In this document: positions 27,699 through 47,500 of the stretch, one piece after another
Numbering within the stretch: position 1 is the first letter of the stretch
Layout of the letters: each line of letters opens with the position of its first letter
DNA from: Eledone cirrhosa
Taxonomy: Eukaryota
Length of the DNA: 64,000 bases
Assembly: GCA_964016885.1 (NCBI GenBank)
Contig: OZ024740.1
Span: 105,152,001-105,216,000 of the forward strand
Direction of reading: 5' to 3'
Program-made: the position numbers and the translations under genes
The notes under the pieces: model-generated
What the model was told of the DNA's origin: nothing
Database searches by the model: none
What the model saw: the letters and a program-made list of their open reading frames with translations, nothing else

Positions 27699-27727
27699 CA
27701 TATATACATATATATATACATATATAC

Positions 27728-27774
<47 letters not shown>

Positions 27775-27803
27775 CATATATACATATATATATACATATA
27801 TAC

Positions 27804-27850
<47 letters not shown>

Positions 27851-27859
27851 CATATATAC

Positions 27860-27890
<31 letters not shown>

Positions 27891-27923
27891 CATATATACA
27901 TATATACATATATATACATATAC

Positions 27924-27955
<32 letters not shown>

Positions 27956-27975
27956 ATATATACATATATATATAC

Positions 27976-28054
<79 letters not shown>

Positions 28055-28183
28055 CATATATATATATACATATACATATATACATATATATACATATACA
28101 TATATATATATACATATATATACATATACATATATATACATATACATATATATACATATACATATATATACATATATATATAC

Positions 28184-28237
<54 letters not shown>

Positions 28238-28450
28238 ACATATACATATATACATATATACATATACATATATATATATACATATATACATATACATATA
28301 TACATATATACATATACACATATATATACATATACATATATATAATATACATATATATACATATATATATATATACATATACATATATATATACATATAT
28401 ATATATATACATACATATATATACATATACATATATATATATATACATAC

Positions 28451-28481
<31 letters not shown>

Positions 28482-28490
28482 CATATATAC

Positions 28491-28521
<31 letters not shown>

Positions 28522-28612
28522 CATATACATATATATATATACATATATATATATATACATATACATATATATATACATATATATACATATATATATATAT
28601 ACATATATATAC

Positions 28613-28659
<47 letters not shown>

Positions 28660-28680
28660 CATATATATACATATATATAC

Positions 28681-28733
<53 letters not shown>

Positions 28734-28752
28734 CATATACATATATATATAC

Positions 28753-28861
<109 letters not shown>

Positions 28862-28888
28862 CATATATATATACATATATATATATAC

Positions 28889-28919
<31 letters not shown>

Positions 28920-28932
28920 CATATATATATAC

Positions 28933-29079
<147 letters not shown>

Positions 29080-29091
29080 CATATATATACA

Positions 29092-29127
<36 letters not shown>

Positions 29128-29342
29128 CATATATATACATATATATACATATATATACATATATATACATATATATATACATATATATATACATATATAT
29201 ATATACATATATATATACATATATATATATATACATATACATATATATATATATATATATATACATATATATACATATATATACATATATATACATATAT
29301 ATACATATATATATACATATATATATACACATATATATATAC

Positions 29343-29475
<133 letters not shown>

Positions 29476-29662
29476 TATATACATATATATATACATATAT
29501 ATATACATATATATACATATATATACACATATATATATACATATATATATACACATATATATATACATATATATATACATATATATATATATATACACAT
29601 ATATATATACATATATATATACATATATATATATATATACATATATATATACATATATATAT

Positions 29663-30260
29663 GGTGGCTGCCAACTCGTTTTCGAGTACGGCCACTACTT
29701 TATATCCATGTAGGAGGACCCCTACCGATGCGCTGAACAAGCGTGACTTTTTAGTTCAGCCAGCGACTTGAAAACTCTGGTACAAACACTACACTTGTGA
29801 CAATTATTGACACATAGTGCTGGACCCATGGTACCATGTGATGACAAGTGCAGAGAGATCTCCAGATATAAAGCAATGCCTGTGCCGTGAAGATTTTATA
29901 GTGAGAAAAGGCACTGCACAAAGCCAGCCCCACTCTCTTAACCAAGATGATATTTACCAAAAAGAAGAACAAGTCAACATCATTGGATACCATCAGGGTT
30001 GCAGGTGTTATATCAGAGTTTTCCTTCTCCTAGAATTCTGCCTTTACAAAGGCTAAGGGGTCATCTCTCCCAGTGATTTTGGATGGCCATTGACTCTTAA
30101 GAGCTCCTTTGCCCTTTGACAGGTTTTGTTTTTAGTCCTGCAGGATGTCCAAAGTCACCCTCCTCACCAAGAAACCTTGGTGGGGTTGCCAGTTTAGTCG
30201 CCAACGACCCGACCATGAGACAGGTTGTACTGGGATACATGTTACCAGTAGCACCAACTG
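29663..30260 (-). mobile_element. ~600-bp non-autonomous RTE-related element, copy 2
   Basis: Colinear with copy 1; 3' stem-loop gtggccgtactcgaaaacgagttggcagccac followed by (AT)n. Confidence 0.65.
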
Positions 30261-30303
30261 TATATATATATATGTATATATATGTATTATATATATATAT
30301 ATG

Positions 30304-30334
<31 letters not shown>

Positions 30335-30431
30335 GTATATATGTATATATATATATATGTATATATGTATATATATATGTATATATGTATATATGTATAT
30401 ATATATATATGTATATATGTATATATATATG

Positions 30432-30478
<47 letters not shown>

Positions 30479-30560
30479 GTATATATATATGTATATATAT
30501 GTATATATATGTATATATATGTGTATATATATATGTATATACATATATACATATATATAC

Positions 30561-30614
<54 letters not shown>

Positions 30615-30722
30615 GTATATATATGTATATATATGTATATATATATGTATATACATATATATATACATATATATATACATATATATACACATATATATAC
30701 ATATATATACATATATATATAC

Positions 30723-30855
<133 letters not shown>

Positions 30856-30952
30856 CATATATATATACATATATACATATATATATATATACATATATAC
30901 ATATATACATATATATATACATATATACATATATATATATATACATATATAC

Positions 30953-31001
<49 letters not shown>

Positions 31002-31012
31002 CATATATATAC

Positions 31013-31043
<31 letters not shown>

Positions 31044-31058
31044 CATACATATATATAC

Positions 31059-31102
<44 letters not shown>

Positions 31103-31189
31103 TATATATATACATATATATATATACATATATATATATATACATATATACATATATACATATATATATATATACATATATATATATAC

Positions 31190-31237
<48 letters not shown>

Positions 31238-31323
31238 ACATATATATATATATAGATATACATATATATACATATATATATATACATATACATATATATA
31301 CATATATATATATATAGATATAC

Positions 31324-31354
<31 letters not shown>

Positions 31355-31875
31355 CATATATATACATACATATATATACATATACATATATATCTATATA
31401 CATATATATATATACATATATATATACATACATATATATATACATATATATACATATACATATATATACATATACATATATATATATACATATATATACA
31501 TATACATATATATATATACATATATACATATACATATATATATATACATATATATACATATACATATATATATATACATATATACATATACATATATATA
31601 TATACATATATATACATATATATACATATATATACATATATATACATATACATATAACATATATATATACATATATACATATACATATATATACATATAT
31701 ATACATATATATACATATACATATATATACATATATATACATATACATATATATATATACATACATATACATATATATACATATATATATATATACATAT
31801 ATATATATACATACATATACATATATACATACATATACATATATATATATATACATATATAATATATACATATAC

Positions 31876-31906
<31 letters not shown>

Positions 31907-31969
31907 CATATATATACATATACATATATATACATATATATATATATACATATATATACATATATATAC

Positions 31970-32038
<69 letters not shown>

Positions 32039-32075
32039 CATATATATATACATATATATATATACATATACATAC

Positions 32076-32106
<31 letters not shown>

Positions 32107-32334
32107 CATATATATATATACATATAATATATACATATATACATATATATATATATATACATATATATACATATACATATATATATATACATATATATAC
32201 ATATATATATATACATATATACATATATATATACATATATATACATATATACATATACATATACATATATATATACATATATATACATATATATATATAC
32301 ATATATATACATATATATATATACATATATATAC

Positions 32335-32365
<31 letters not shown>

Positions 32366-32656
32366 CATATTATATATACATATATATATACATATATATA
32401 TACATATATATACATATATATATATACATATATATACATATATATATACATATATATACATATAATATATACATATATATATATATACATATATATATAT
32501 ACATATATATACATATATATATACATATACATATATATATACATATATATACATATATATACATATATATATACATATATATATACATATATATATACAT
32601 ATATATATACATATATACATATATATACATATATATATATACTATATATATATATA

Positions 32657-32856
32657 NNNNNNNNNNNNNNNNNNNNNNNNNNNNNNNNNNNNNNNNNNNN
32701 NNNNNNNNNNNNNNNNNNNNNNNNNNNNNNNNNNNNNNNNNNNNNNNNNNNNNNNNNNNNNNNNNNNNNNNNNNNNNNNNNNNNNNNNNNNNNNNNNNNN
32801 NNNNNNNNNNNNNNNNNNNNNNNNNNNNNNNNNNNNNNNNNNNNNNNNNNNNNNNN
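32657..32856. other. Assembly gap (200 N)
   Basis: Run of exactly 200 N, so the true intron length is unknown. Confidence 0.99.
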
Positions 32857-33346
32857 ATATATATATCTATATGATATATATATGATATATCTATATATCT
32901 ATATATGATATATATATATATATATCTATATATCTATATGCTATATATATATATATATCTATATATCTATATGCTATATATATATATATATCTATATATC
33001 TATATGCTATATATATATATCTATATATCTATATGCTATATATATATATCTATATATCTATATGCTATATATATATATCTATATATCTATATGCTATATA
33101 TATATATCTATATATATATAATATATATATATATATCTATATCTATATGATATATATATATATATCTATATATGATATATATATATATATCTATATATGA
33201 TATATATATATATATCTATATATGATATATATATATATATATGATATATATATATATATATGATATATATATATATATATGATATATATATCTATATATA
33301 TATATATATATATATATATGATATATATATATATATGATATATATA

Positions 33347-33381
<35 letters not shown>

Positions 33382-34095
33382 ATATATATATATATATATA
33401 TCTATATATGATATATATATATCTATATGATATATATATATCTATATATGATATATATATATCTATATATGATATATATATATCTATATATGATATATAT
33501 ATATCTATATACGATATATATATGATATATATATATCTATATATGAAATATATATATCTATATACGATATATATATATATATATGATATATATATCTAAA
33601 TATGATATATATATATCTATATATGATATATATATATCTATATACGATATATATATCTATATATGATATATATATATCTATATATGAAATATATATATCT
33701 ATATACGATATATATATATATATATGATATATATATCTATATATGATATATATATATCTATATACGATATATATATATATATGATATATATATATCTATA
33801 TATGATATATATATATCTATATACGATATATATATATATATATGATATATATATATCTATATACGATATATATATATATATGATATATATGATATATATA
33901 TATATATCTATATATATCTATCTATATCTATATATGATATATCTATATCTATATATGATATATCTATATCTATATATGATATATATATATCTATATATAT
34001 ATATCTATATCTATATATGATATATATATATCTATATATATATATCTATATCTATATATGATATATATATATATATATATATCTATATCTATATA

Positions 34096-34135
<40 letters not shown>

Positions 34136-34999
34136 ATATATATATGATATATATATCTATATATGATATATATATATATATCTATATATATATGATATAT
34201 ATATATATATCTATATATATATGATATATATATATGATATATATATATATATATATATGATATATATATATATATATATATGATATATATATATATATAT
34301 CTATATATATATGATATATATATATATATATGATATATATGATATATATATATCTATATCTATGATATATATATATATATATATATGATATATATGATAT
34401 ATATATATCTATATCTATATCTATATCTATATATCTATATCTATCTATATATATATCTATATATCTATATATATGATATATATATATATATATGATATAT
34501 ATCTATATCTATATATATGATATATATATATATATATGATATATATCTATATATCTATATATATGATATATATATATATATGATATATATCTATATATCT
34601 ATATATATGATATATATATATATATATGATATATATATATATATATATATATGATATATATCTATATATCTATATATATGATATATATATATATATGATA
34701 TATATCTATATATATATATATGATATATATATATATGATATATATATATATATATGATATATATATATATCTATATATATGATATATATATGATATATAT
34801 ATATATATATGATATACATATATATATGATATATATATATATATATGATATATATATATGATATATATATATATATGATATATATATATATATGATATAT
34901 ATGATATATATATGATATATAGATATATAGATATATATATATATATGATATATAGATATATATATATATATATGATATATAGATATATATATGATATAT

Positions 35000-35059
<60 letters not shown>

Positions 35060-35399
35060 TATATATATATATATATATCATATATATATATATATATATA
35101 TCATATATATATATATATCATATATATATATATATATATATATCATATATATATATCATATATATATATATATATATCATATATATATATATATATATAT
35201 ATCATATATATATATCATATATATATATATATATATATATATCATATATATATATATCATATATATATATATATCATATATATATATATATCATATATAT
35301 ATATATATCATATATATATATATATCATATATATATATCATATATATATATAATAATATATATATATATATATATCATATATATATATCATATATATAT

Positions 35400-35467
<68 letters not shown>

Positions 35468-35489
35468 TATATATATATCATATATATAT

Positions 35490-35536
<47 letters not shown>

Positions 35537-35541
35537 TATAT

Positions 35542-35654
<113 letters not shown>

Positions 35655-35660
35655 TATCAT

Positions 35661-35741
<81 letters not shown>

Positions 35742-36051
35742 ATATATATATATCATATATATATATATAATATATATATATATAATATATATATATATAT
35801 ATAATATATATATCATATATATATATATATATATATAATATATCTATATATATATATATATGATATATATCTATAATATATCTATATATATATATATATA
35901 TATGATATATAATATATATATATATATATATGATATATATATATCATATATATATATATTATATATATCATATATATATATATATATATATCATATATAT
36001 ATATATATATCATATATATATATATATATATATCATATATATCATATATAT

Positions 36052-36082
<31 letters not shown>

Positions 36083-36100
36083 CATATATCATATATATAT

Positions 36101-36160
<60 letters not shown>

Positions 36161-36253
36161 CATATATATATATATATATATCATATATATATATATATAT
36201 ATCATATATATATATATATCATATATAGATATATATATATATAATATATATAT

Positions 36254-36284
<31 letters not shown>

Positions 36285-36319
36285 CATATATATATATATC
36301 ATATATATATATATATATC

Positions 36320-36351
<32 letters not shown>

Positions 36352-36641
36352 TATAATATATATATATATCATATATATATATCTATATATATAATATATA
36401 TATAATATATATATATATCATATATATATATATCATATATATATATATCTATATATATATATCTATATAATATATATATATATCTATATATATATATATC
36501 TATATATATATATATATATATATATCTCATATATATATATCTATATATATATCTATATATATATCTAAATATATCTATATATATATATATATCTATATAT
36601 CTATATCTATATCTATATATATATCTATATATCTATATCTA

Positions 36642-36676
<35 letters not shown>

Positions 36677-36681
36677 ATATA

Positions 36682-36715
<34 letters not shown>

Positions 36716-37089
36716 ATATATATATGATATATATATATATGATATATATATATATATCTATATATGATATATATATATATATATCTATATATATATATAT
36801 ATCTATATGATATATATATATATATATATGATATATATATATATATATATATGATATATATATATATGATATATATGATATATATATATATATATATATG
36901 ATATATATGATATATATATATATATATATCTATATATCTATATATATATATATATCTATATCTATATATATATATCTATATATGATATATATATATCTAT
37001 ATATGATATATATATATCTATATATATACATATATATATATATCTATATATATATATATATCTATATATGATATATATATATCTATATA

Positions 37090-37124
<35 letters not shown>

Positions 37125-37347
37125 ATATATATATCTATATATGATATATATATATATCTATATATGATATATATATATATATATCTATATACGATATATA
37201 TATATATATATCTATATACGATATATATATATATCTATATCTATATATGATATATATATATATATATATCTATATATATATATATGATATATATATATAT
37301 ATATATCTATATCTATATATGATATATATATATATATATATATATCT

Positions 37348-37378
<31 letters not shown>

Positions 37379-37770
37379 TATATCTATGATATATATATAT
37401 ATATATCTATATCTATATATCTATATATATATATATATATCTATATCTATGATATATATATATATATCTATATCTATGATATATATATATATATATCTAT
37501 ATCTATATATCTATATCTATATATCTATATATATATATATATATATCTATATCTATATATATATATATATGATATAATATATATATCTATATATATATCT
37601 CTATATATATATCTATATATATATATCTATATATATATATCTATATATATATATCTATATATATATATATATGATATATATATGATATATATATCATATA
37701 TATATATATCATATATATATATCATATATATATATATATCATATATATATATATATCATATATATATATA

Positions 37771-37801
<31 letters not shown>

Positions 37802-37933
37802 CATATATATATATATCATATATATATATATATCATATATATATATATATATCATATATATATATATCATATATATATATATATATCATATATATATATC
37901 ATATATATATATATATTCATATATATATATATC

Positions 37934-37965
<32 letters not shown>

Positions 37966-38015
37966 TATATATCATATATATATATATCATATATATATAT
38001 ATCATATATATATAT

Positions 38016-38056
<41 letters not shown>

Positions 38057-38211
38057 TATATATATATATCATATATATATATATCATATATATATATATA
38101 TATATATAATATATCTATATATATATATATATAATATATCTATATATATATATATATGATATATATATATGATATATATATATATATATATACATGATAT
38201 ATATATATATG

Positions 38212-38245
<34 letters not shown>

Positions 38246-38622
38246 TATGATATATATATATAATATATCTATATATATATATATATGATATATATATATA
38301 TATAATATATATATATGATATATATATATATGATATATATATATATGATATATATATATAATATATCTATATATATATATATATGATATATATATATATA
38401 TAATATATATATATGATATATATATATATGATATATATATATATGATATATATATATATGATATATATATATTATATATATATATATCATATATATATAT
38501 ATATAATATATATATCATATATATATATATATCATATATATATATATATCATATATATATATATCATATATATATATATCATATATATATATATCATATA
38601 TATATATATCATATATATATAT

Positions 38623-38663
<41 letters not shown>

Positions 38664-38860
38664 TATATATATATGATATATATATATATATATAATATAT
38701 CATATATATATATATATATATATAATATATCATATATATATATATATAATATATCATATATATATATATATATAATATATCATATATATATATATATATA
38801 TATAATATATCATATATATATATATATAATATATCATATATATATATATATATATAATAT

Positions 38861-38894
<34 letters not shown>

Positions 38895-39042
38895 ATATAT
38901 ATATATATATATAATATATATATATATATATAATATATATATATATATAATATATATATATATGTAATATATATATATATATAATATATATATATATCAT
39001 ATATATATATATATATATCATATATATATATATATATATATC

Positions 39043-39077
<35 letters not shown>

Positions 39078-39208
39078 ATATCATATATATATTATATATA
39101 TATATATTATATATATATATATCATATATATATTATATATATATATATCATATATATATATATATATTATATATATATAGATATATATCATATATATATA
39201 TATATATG

Positions 39209-39258
<50 letters not shown>

Positions 39259-40163
39259 ATATATAATATATATATATGATATATATAATATATATAATAT
39301 ATATATATATGATATATATAATATATATATATATAATATATATATATGATATATATAATATATATATATATGATATATATAATATATATATATATATCAT
39401 ATATAATATATATATATATCATATATATATCATATATATAATATATATATCATATATATATATATCATATATATAATATATATATATATATCATATATAT
39501 ATATCATATATATAATATATATATATATATATATCATATATATAATATATATATACATATATATATATATCATATATATATATATACATATATATATATC
39601 ATATATATAGATATATATCATATATATAATATATATATACATATATATATATATCATATATATATAGATACATATATATATATCATATATATAGATATAT
39701 ATATAGATTATATAGATATATAGATATATATAGATATATATATAGATATATATATATATATCATATATATATATCATATATATAGATATATATATAGATA
39801 TATATATATATCATATATATATATATATCATATATAATATATCATATATATATATATATATATAGATATATATCATATATATATATGATATATATATATG
39901 ATATATATATATATCATATATATATATCATATATATATATATATATCATATATATATATGATATATATATATGATATATATATATATCATATATATATAT
40001 CATATATATATATATATATCATATATATATATCATATATATATATATCATATATATAGGAACCAGTAAGACCCCGACAGCTGAGCTCAAGCCGTTTCGAC
40101 GGCTAATTCTATATATATGATATATATCTATCTATATATATATATCATATATATATATATATC

Positions 40164-40224
<61 letters not shown>

Positions 40225-40462
40225 GTATATATATATATCATATATATATATATCATATATATATATCATATATATATATATATATCATATATATATATAT
40301 TATATATATATATATATCATATATAATATATATATATATATATAATATATATATATATATCATATATATATATATTATATATATATATATATCATATATA
40401 ATATATATATATATATATCATATAGTTAAAAGAATAGAGGTGTAACACACAAGTTATTATAT

Positions 40463-41803
<1,341 letters not shown>

Positions 41804-42457
41804 ATATATCATATATATATATATAATATATATATATATCATATATAATATATATATATAATATATATATATATATCATATATATATATCATATATATTT
41901 ATATAATATATCCTATATATATCATATATATATATATATATCATATATATATATATAATATATCCTATATATATATATATAATATATATCATATATATAA
42001 TATATATCATATATATATATAATATATATCATATATAATATATATCATATATATATATAATATATATCATATATAATATATATCATATATATATATAATA
42101 TATATCATATATAATATATATCATATATATATATAATATATATCATATATAATATATATCATATATATATATAATATATATCATATATAATATATATAAT
42201 ATATATTATATATATAATATATATTATATATATAATATATATTATATATATAATATATATTATATATATAATATATATTATATATATATATATATAATAT
42301 ATATTATATATATAATATATATTATATATATAATATATATTATATATATAATATATATTATATATATATATATATAATATATATATATATATACATTATA
42401 TATATTATATATATAATATATATTATATATATATATATAATATATATATATATATAC

Positions 42458-42502
<45 letters not shown>

Positions 42503-42513
42503 TATATATATAA

Positions 42514-42557
<44 letters not shown>

Positions 42558-42618
42558 TATATATATTATATATATAATATATATTATATATATATATATA
42601 ATATATATATATATATAC

Positions 42619-42663
<45 letters not shown>

Positions 42664-42693
42664 TATATATATACATTATATATATATATATAC

Positions 42694-42728
<35 letters not shown>

Positions 42729-42755
42729 TATATATATATATATATATATATACAT

Positions 42756-42786
<31 letters not shown>

Positions 42787-42809
42787 TATATATATATATA
42801 TACATTATA

Positions 42810-42854
<45 letters not shown>

Positions 42855-42930
42855 ATGATATATTATATATATATATATATATGATATATATATATATATG
42901 ATATATATATATATATGATATATATATATA

Positions 42931-42967
<37 letters not shown>

Positions 42968-43603
42968 ATATATTATATAAATATATATGATATATATATA
43001 TGATATATATATATATATGATAGATATATATATATATATATATATATGATATATATATATGATATATATATATGATAGATATATATATATATATATATGA
43101 TATATATATGATATATATATGATATATATATGATATATATATATATTATATATATATATATATTATATATATATATATTTATATATATATATCATATATA
43201 TATATATTATATATATATATATATTATATATATATATATATTATATATATATATATTTATATATATATATGATATATATATATATATCATATATATATAT
43301 ATAATAAATATATATATCATATATATATATATCATATATATATATATATCATAAATATATATCATAAATATATAGCATAAATATATATCATAAATATATA
43401 TCATAAATATATATATCATAAATATATATATCATAAATATATATATCATAAATATATATATCATATATATATATATCATATATATATATATCATAAATAT
43501 ATATATCATAAATATATATATCATAAATATATATATCATAAATATATATATCATAAATATATATATCATAAATATATATATCATAAATATATATATTATA
43601 TAT

Positions 43604-43634
<31 letters not shown>

Positions 43635-43654
43635 CATATATATAAATATATGTA

Positions 43655-44256
43655 GAATTCACAAGAATCAACGCTATTTTGAAAGTATTTATTCACTTAA
43701 AATTGTTTCATCTAAAAACTATAACTTCCTTTTTCTGAACGTGAAAATGGTGGTGGATGCGAAAACTATAACTCTTTTTCTCTTTCCTTTTCTCTTTCTG
43801 CACACATACCTTTTTGATCTATACAAAAAATACCCTACCACTACAACCTCCATAATACTGTTGCTTACCCGCTTAGAGTGCTTGCATTACATGTAACACC
43901 TTACCACACAATACTCGTATATAAATGCGACACACTTCCATGCTCCATGTATGACTAACGCATACACAATCTACTAGATCCGATTATCGATCTATCCTCT
44001 TGCATTATCTGTGTTATTTGACGCTTTTATTTTAATTTTAAATTCGAATTGCTGTACAAGTATAGTATAGTATAATATATGTCACTCCACTGTACATCAA
44101 TATATACATATGTATCTGCATGTGTCTTGCATTGGAAAGGAGGTCAACTATATGTACAAGAATTGAAAAATGCTCCGAAGACTCCAAGCCTAGGTTTGGA
44201 TGAAACAATTGTAAATGAATAAATGCTTTGAACATAGCTTTGATTCTTGTGAATTC
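43655..44256. mobile_element. MITE with ~65-bp imperfect TIRs, TA-flanked
   Basis: TA|gaattcacaagaatcaacgctattttgaaagtatttattcac... pairs with ...gaataaatgctttgaacatagctttgattcttgtgaattc|TA. Confidence 0.8.
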
Positions 44257-44460
44257 TATATAACTGCTCTGTAGAACAACTGATGTTATTACATTGAGCT
44301 ATTTATCTTACTGGTAATAAGGGAGTAATAAATTACTGACCTTCCCTGTTTATAGTTTAAAATATACATAACTATAAAAAGTTTAAAATAGACATAACTA
44401 TGAATAGTATCCTTAATATTATATATATACATATATTTATAATACATTATATATATATAT

Positions 44461-44613
44461 CGGTGGATTGGCAGTATCAGTAGAGGGTCGGACGCCATGC
44501 TTTCCAACATAGTTACGTCCCTTTACGATCTGAGTTCAAATCCCGCCGAGGTTGATTTTGCCTTTCATCCTTACTGGGTAATTGCTGGCCTTGTGCCTAA
44601 AGTAGAGACAATT
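44461..44613 (+). mobile_element. tRNA-derived SINE (family 1), internally deleted, in (TA)n
   Basis: Near-identical to the 5100 copy but lacks the ggggtcgataaaataaagtaccag block. Confidence 0.85.
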
Positions 44614-45196
44614 ATATATATATATATCATACATATATTATATATATATATATCATACATATGATATATATATATATATCATACATAGCAATAGTGAAAG
44701 ACTTAGGTCTTAGTAACCAGAATTCGTTTATTTTCTTTTTTACTTTTAATCGCTTTTTAACAGTTTTTTTTAATATATATTTACCCCTCATTGTTCTACT
44801 TACTGTTTCGACTTCCTCCCCCTCCCTAGTATCTTCTTTGTCCTCACGCCGAGCTGTAGCCGGCACTATCAATGCATGAATGGGTCTCCTCCTCCCCCTC
44901 TCCCTCTTTCTCCTACTGGCAGGTTTAGCTACCCCTTCCCCCCACAAATTGCCATCATAGAATTATTATGTCTCAACTACTAACTTTTTGACCAATCCCT
45001 GTGACAATCACTTTGACCATATATGGAATTACCCCTCGAGAAGTTCGGCTATTCAAATACCAGGATAAATTTTCACTTAGTCCTGAATTAGCCGTCGAAA
45101 CGGCTTGAGTTCAGCCGTTGGGGTCCTACTCGTTCCTATATATCATATATATATATATATATATCTCATATATATATATGACACATATATATATAT

Positions 45197-45330
45197 AAAT
45201 GGAAGACTTGCCATGTGCACTACCCACGGAAATATAGACAAAATTAATCAGCTTGTGCATGAAGATCGTCAGAGGAAAATCAACAATATAGATGATGATG
45301 GTCTGTCGTATAGGTGCATGCAGGCAATCC
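45197..45330 (+). mobile_element. mariner transposase N-terminal HTH fragment
   Basis: GRLAMCTTHGNIDKINQLVHEDRQRKINNIDDDGLSYRCMQAI resembles mariner GRP..T.ENI.KV..LV.EDRR.TI..IA...GLSYG..Q.I. Confidence 0.65.
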
Positions 45331-46378
45331 CAAAGATTGGCTTTCTGGATTTTCTTGTATCATGCAACCATCCATAAACCAACTTTTAAAACAGGCATAC
45401 TATATCTCCGCATGCTATAAGAGACAGCTAAATTGGTTGGAATCAGAAAGGGCATCCAATCACAAAATAATGACTCAAAAAGTTCTGTTCCTGCTAGCAT
45501 GGAAAAGTGGATATATAAACAATGATAGCTGGGTTTCCAGATAAGCCCAATTATCTTGTCCATCCTTTACTAGACATTAAAATGACTATGATGACGAGGA
45601 TAACTGTCTTGAGGGCTATAGCAATTAAAAATGTTGGGAGGGGGGTGGCTATTGCTTACATTGTTTCTTATATCAAATCCTTGTGAAATTGTAAATATAT
45701 ATTGATGGATGGTAACATGGTTGTATGGTTAAAATGTTCAGTTTACAATCATAAAGTTAAGGGTTCAACCCCATTGTGAAGCATTGTGAGAAAATGTCTT
45801 TTTACCATGATCTAGGATCAACTCAAGCCTGGAGTGTAAAATTGAAAGAATGAGATATTGAAAGTAACTCTCGCTATAAAATGTTCATTTGTACGTTATT
45901 CATTTGAAAGTAAAAAACAAAATAACAAAACAAAACCTCTACAACAATGAAACTAGCTACAAAAGTTAACTTCCACTTATAGACAATGATGGAAACTTTT
46001 ATATGGTTATTCAACCTGCTAGAAATGTTAGCCAAATCTCCTTCAGATATAAACACAGGCATAACTGAATGGTTAAGTTTGCTTCACAATCATGATAACA
46101 CTAGGTTCAATTCCACTGCATGGCATCATAGGAAAGTATCTTACTATAGCTTCAGGCAGGCCAAAGCTTTGTGAGTGAAGCTGGATTGATGGAAATAGTT
46201 TGGAAGTCTGTCGAGTAAGACTATACCCATAATAGATTAGATTATGTCACACTGAATCACTTTGAGAATTATATTAGTATACACAGGCACTTACAAATTA
46301 TTTAATGAGAGGGCCATTTTGTTGATTGAATAACTCAGATACTTATCAAAACTGATAGGGGTTAATTTACAAACTGTA

Positions 46379-46413
<35 letters not shown>

Positions 46414-46416
<3 letters not shown>

Positions 46417-46578
46417 CATCAGTTACAACAGTGACATATGCAGGTATTTAAACTTTGTTGGATTGTTACCCCAAATCATTCAGTCTACCATACTGCAATA
46501 TGGCAGACTGAATGAGTTGGGGTAGCAACCTAAAGAAACTGAAGTACCTGTACATGTCACTGTTGTAACTGGTGATAT
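46414..46578. mobile_element. ~165-bp palindromic MITE (near-complete hairpin)
   Basis: tcatcagttacaacagtgacatatgcaggta...cattcagtctaccata ctgcaa tatggcagactgaatg...tacctgtacatgtcactgttgtaactggtga, TA flanks. Confidence 0.8.
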
Positions 46579-46688
46579 ATAACTCATTCTATAGATTGAG
46601 TTCTCTAAACCCTTAGATATTTATACTAAGTTTGTACTACAATGTTATATGAATATAATTATTTAAAATTTGTAATTTGGTTTCTTAC

Positions 46689-46741
46689 TTTTGACTCTTC
46701 GTCTTCATGGTCTTGTTCTGGATCATAAGCTTCGGCACAAA
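46689..46741 (-). CDS. PRKAR2: PKA type II regulatory subunit, first coding exon visible in window: (V)CAEAYDPEQDHEDEESK
   Basis: tttcAG acceptor and GTaag donor on the minus strand; 53 nt; encodes the CAEAYDP motif that follows the RRxS inhibitor site of RII subunits; ends in phase 0, in frame with the next exon. Confidence 0.92.
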
Positions 46742-46779
46742 CTGAAATAATAAAGGCAACATTATAGAAATATATAAAC

Positions 46780-47500
46780 AACTAAAGCTAGACAGCAATC
46801 TACTAAAGCTAGACAGCAATCTACTAAAGCTAGACAGCAATCTACTAAAGCTAGACAGCAATCTACAAAAGCTAGACAGCAATCTACAAAAGCTAGACAG
46901 CAATCTACAAAAGCTAGATAGCAATCTACAAAAGCTAGATAGCAATCTACAAAAGCTAGATAACAATCTACAAAAGCTAGATAACAATCTACAAAAGCTA
47001 GATAATCTACAAAAGCTAGATAGCAATCTACAAAAGCTAGATAGCAATCTACTAAAGCTAGATAGCAATCTACTAAAGCTAGATAGCAATCTACTAAAGC
47101 TAGATAACAATCTACTAAAGCTAGATAACAATCTACTAAAGCTAGATAACAATCTACTAAAGCTAGATAACAATCTACTAAAGCTAGATAATCTACTAAA
47201 GCTAGATAATCTACTAAAGCTAGATAATCTACTAAAGCTAGATAATCTACTAAAGCTAGATAATCTACTAAAGCTAGATAACAATCTACTAAAGCTAGAT
47301 AACAATCTACTAAAGCTAGATAACAATCTACTAAAGCTAGATAACAATCTACAAGAGCTAGATAACAATCTACAAGAGCTAGATAACAATCTACAAGAGC
47401 TAGATAACAATCTACAAGAGCTAGATAACAATCTACAAGAGCTAGATAACAATCTACAAAAGCTAGATAATCTACAAGAGCTAGATAACAATCTACAAGA
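46780..47500. repeat. 21-bp (with 18-bp variant) minisatellite, roughly 35 units
   Basis: Unit ctac(t/a)aaagctaga(c/t)a(g/a)caat; variants occur in homogeneous blocks. Confidence 0.95.

Noticed and set aside
45082-45103. CTGA...CGAAAC as a minimal hammerhead ribozyme
   Set aside because: The core reads CTGAATT, not CTGANGA, and the segment folds better as a simple hairpin
46780-47500. Regular repeat array as a possible CRISPR
   Set aside because: No unique spacers, no cas genes, eukaryotic context; it is a simple tandem repeat
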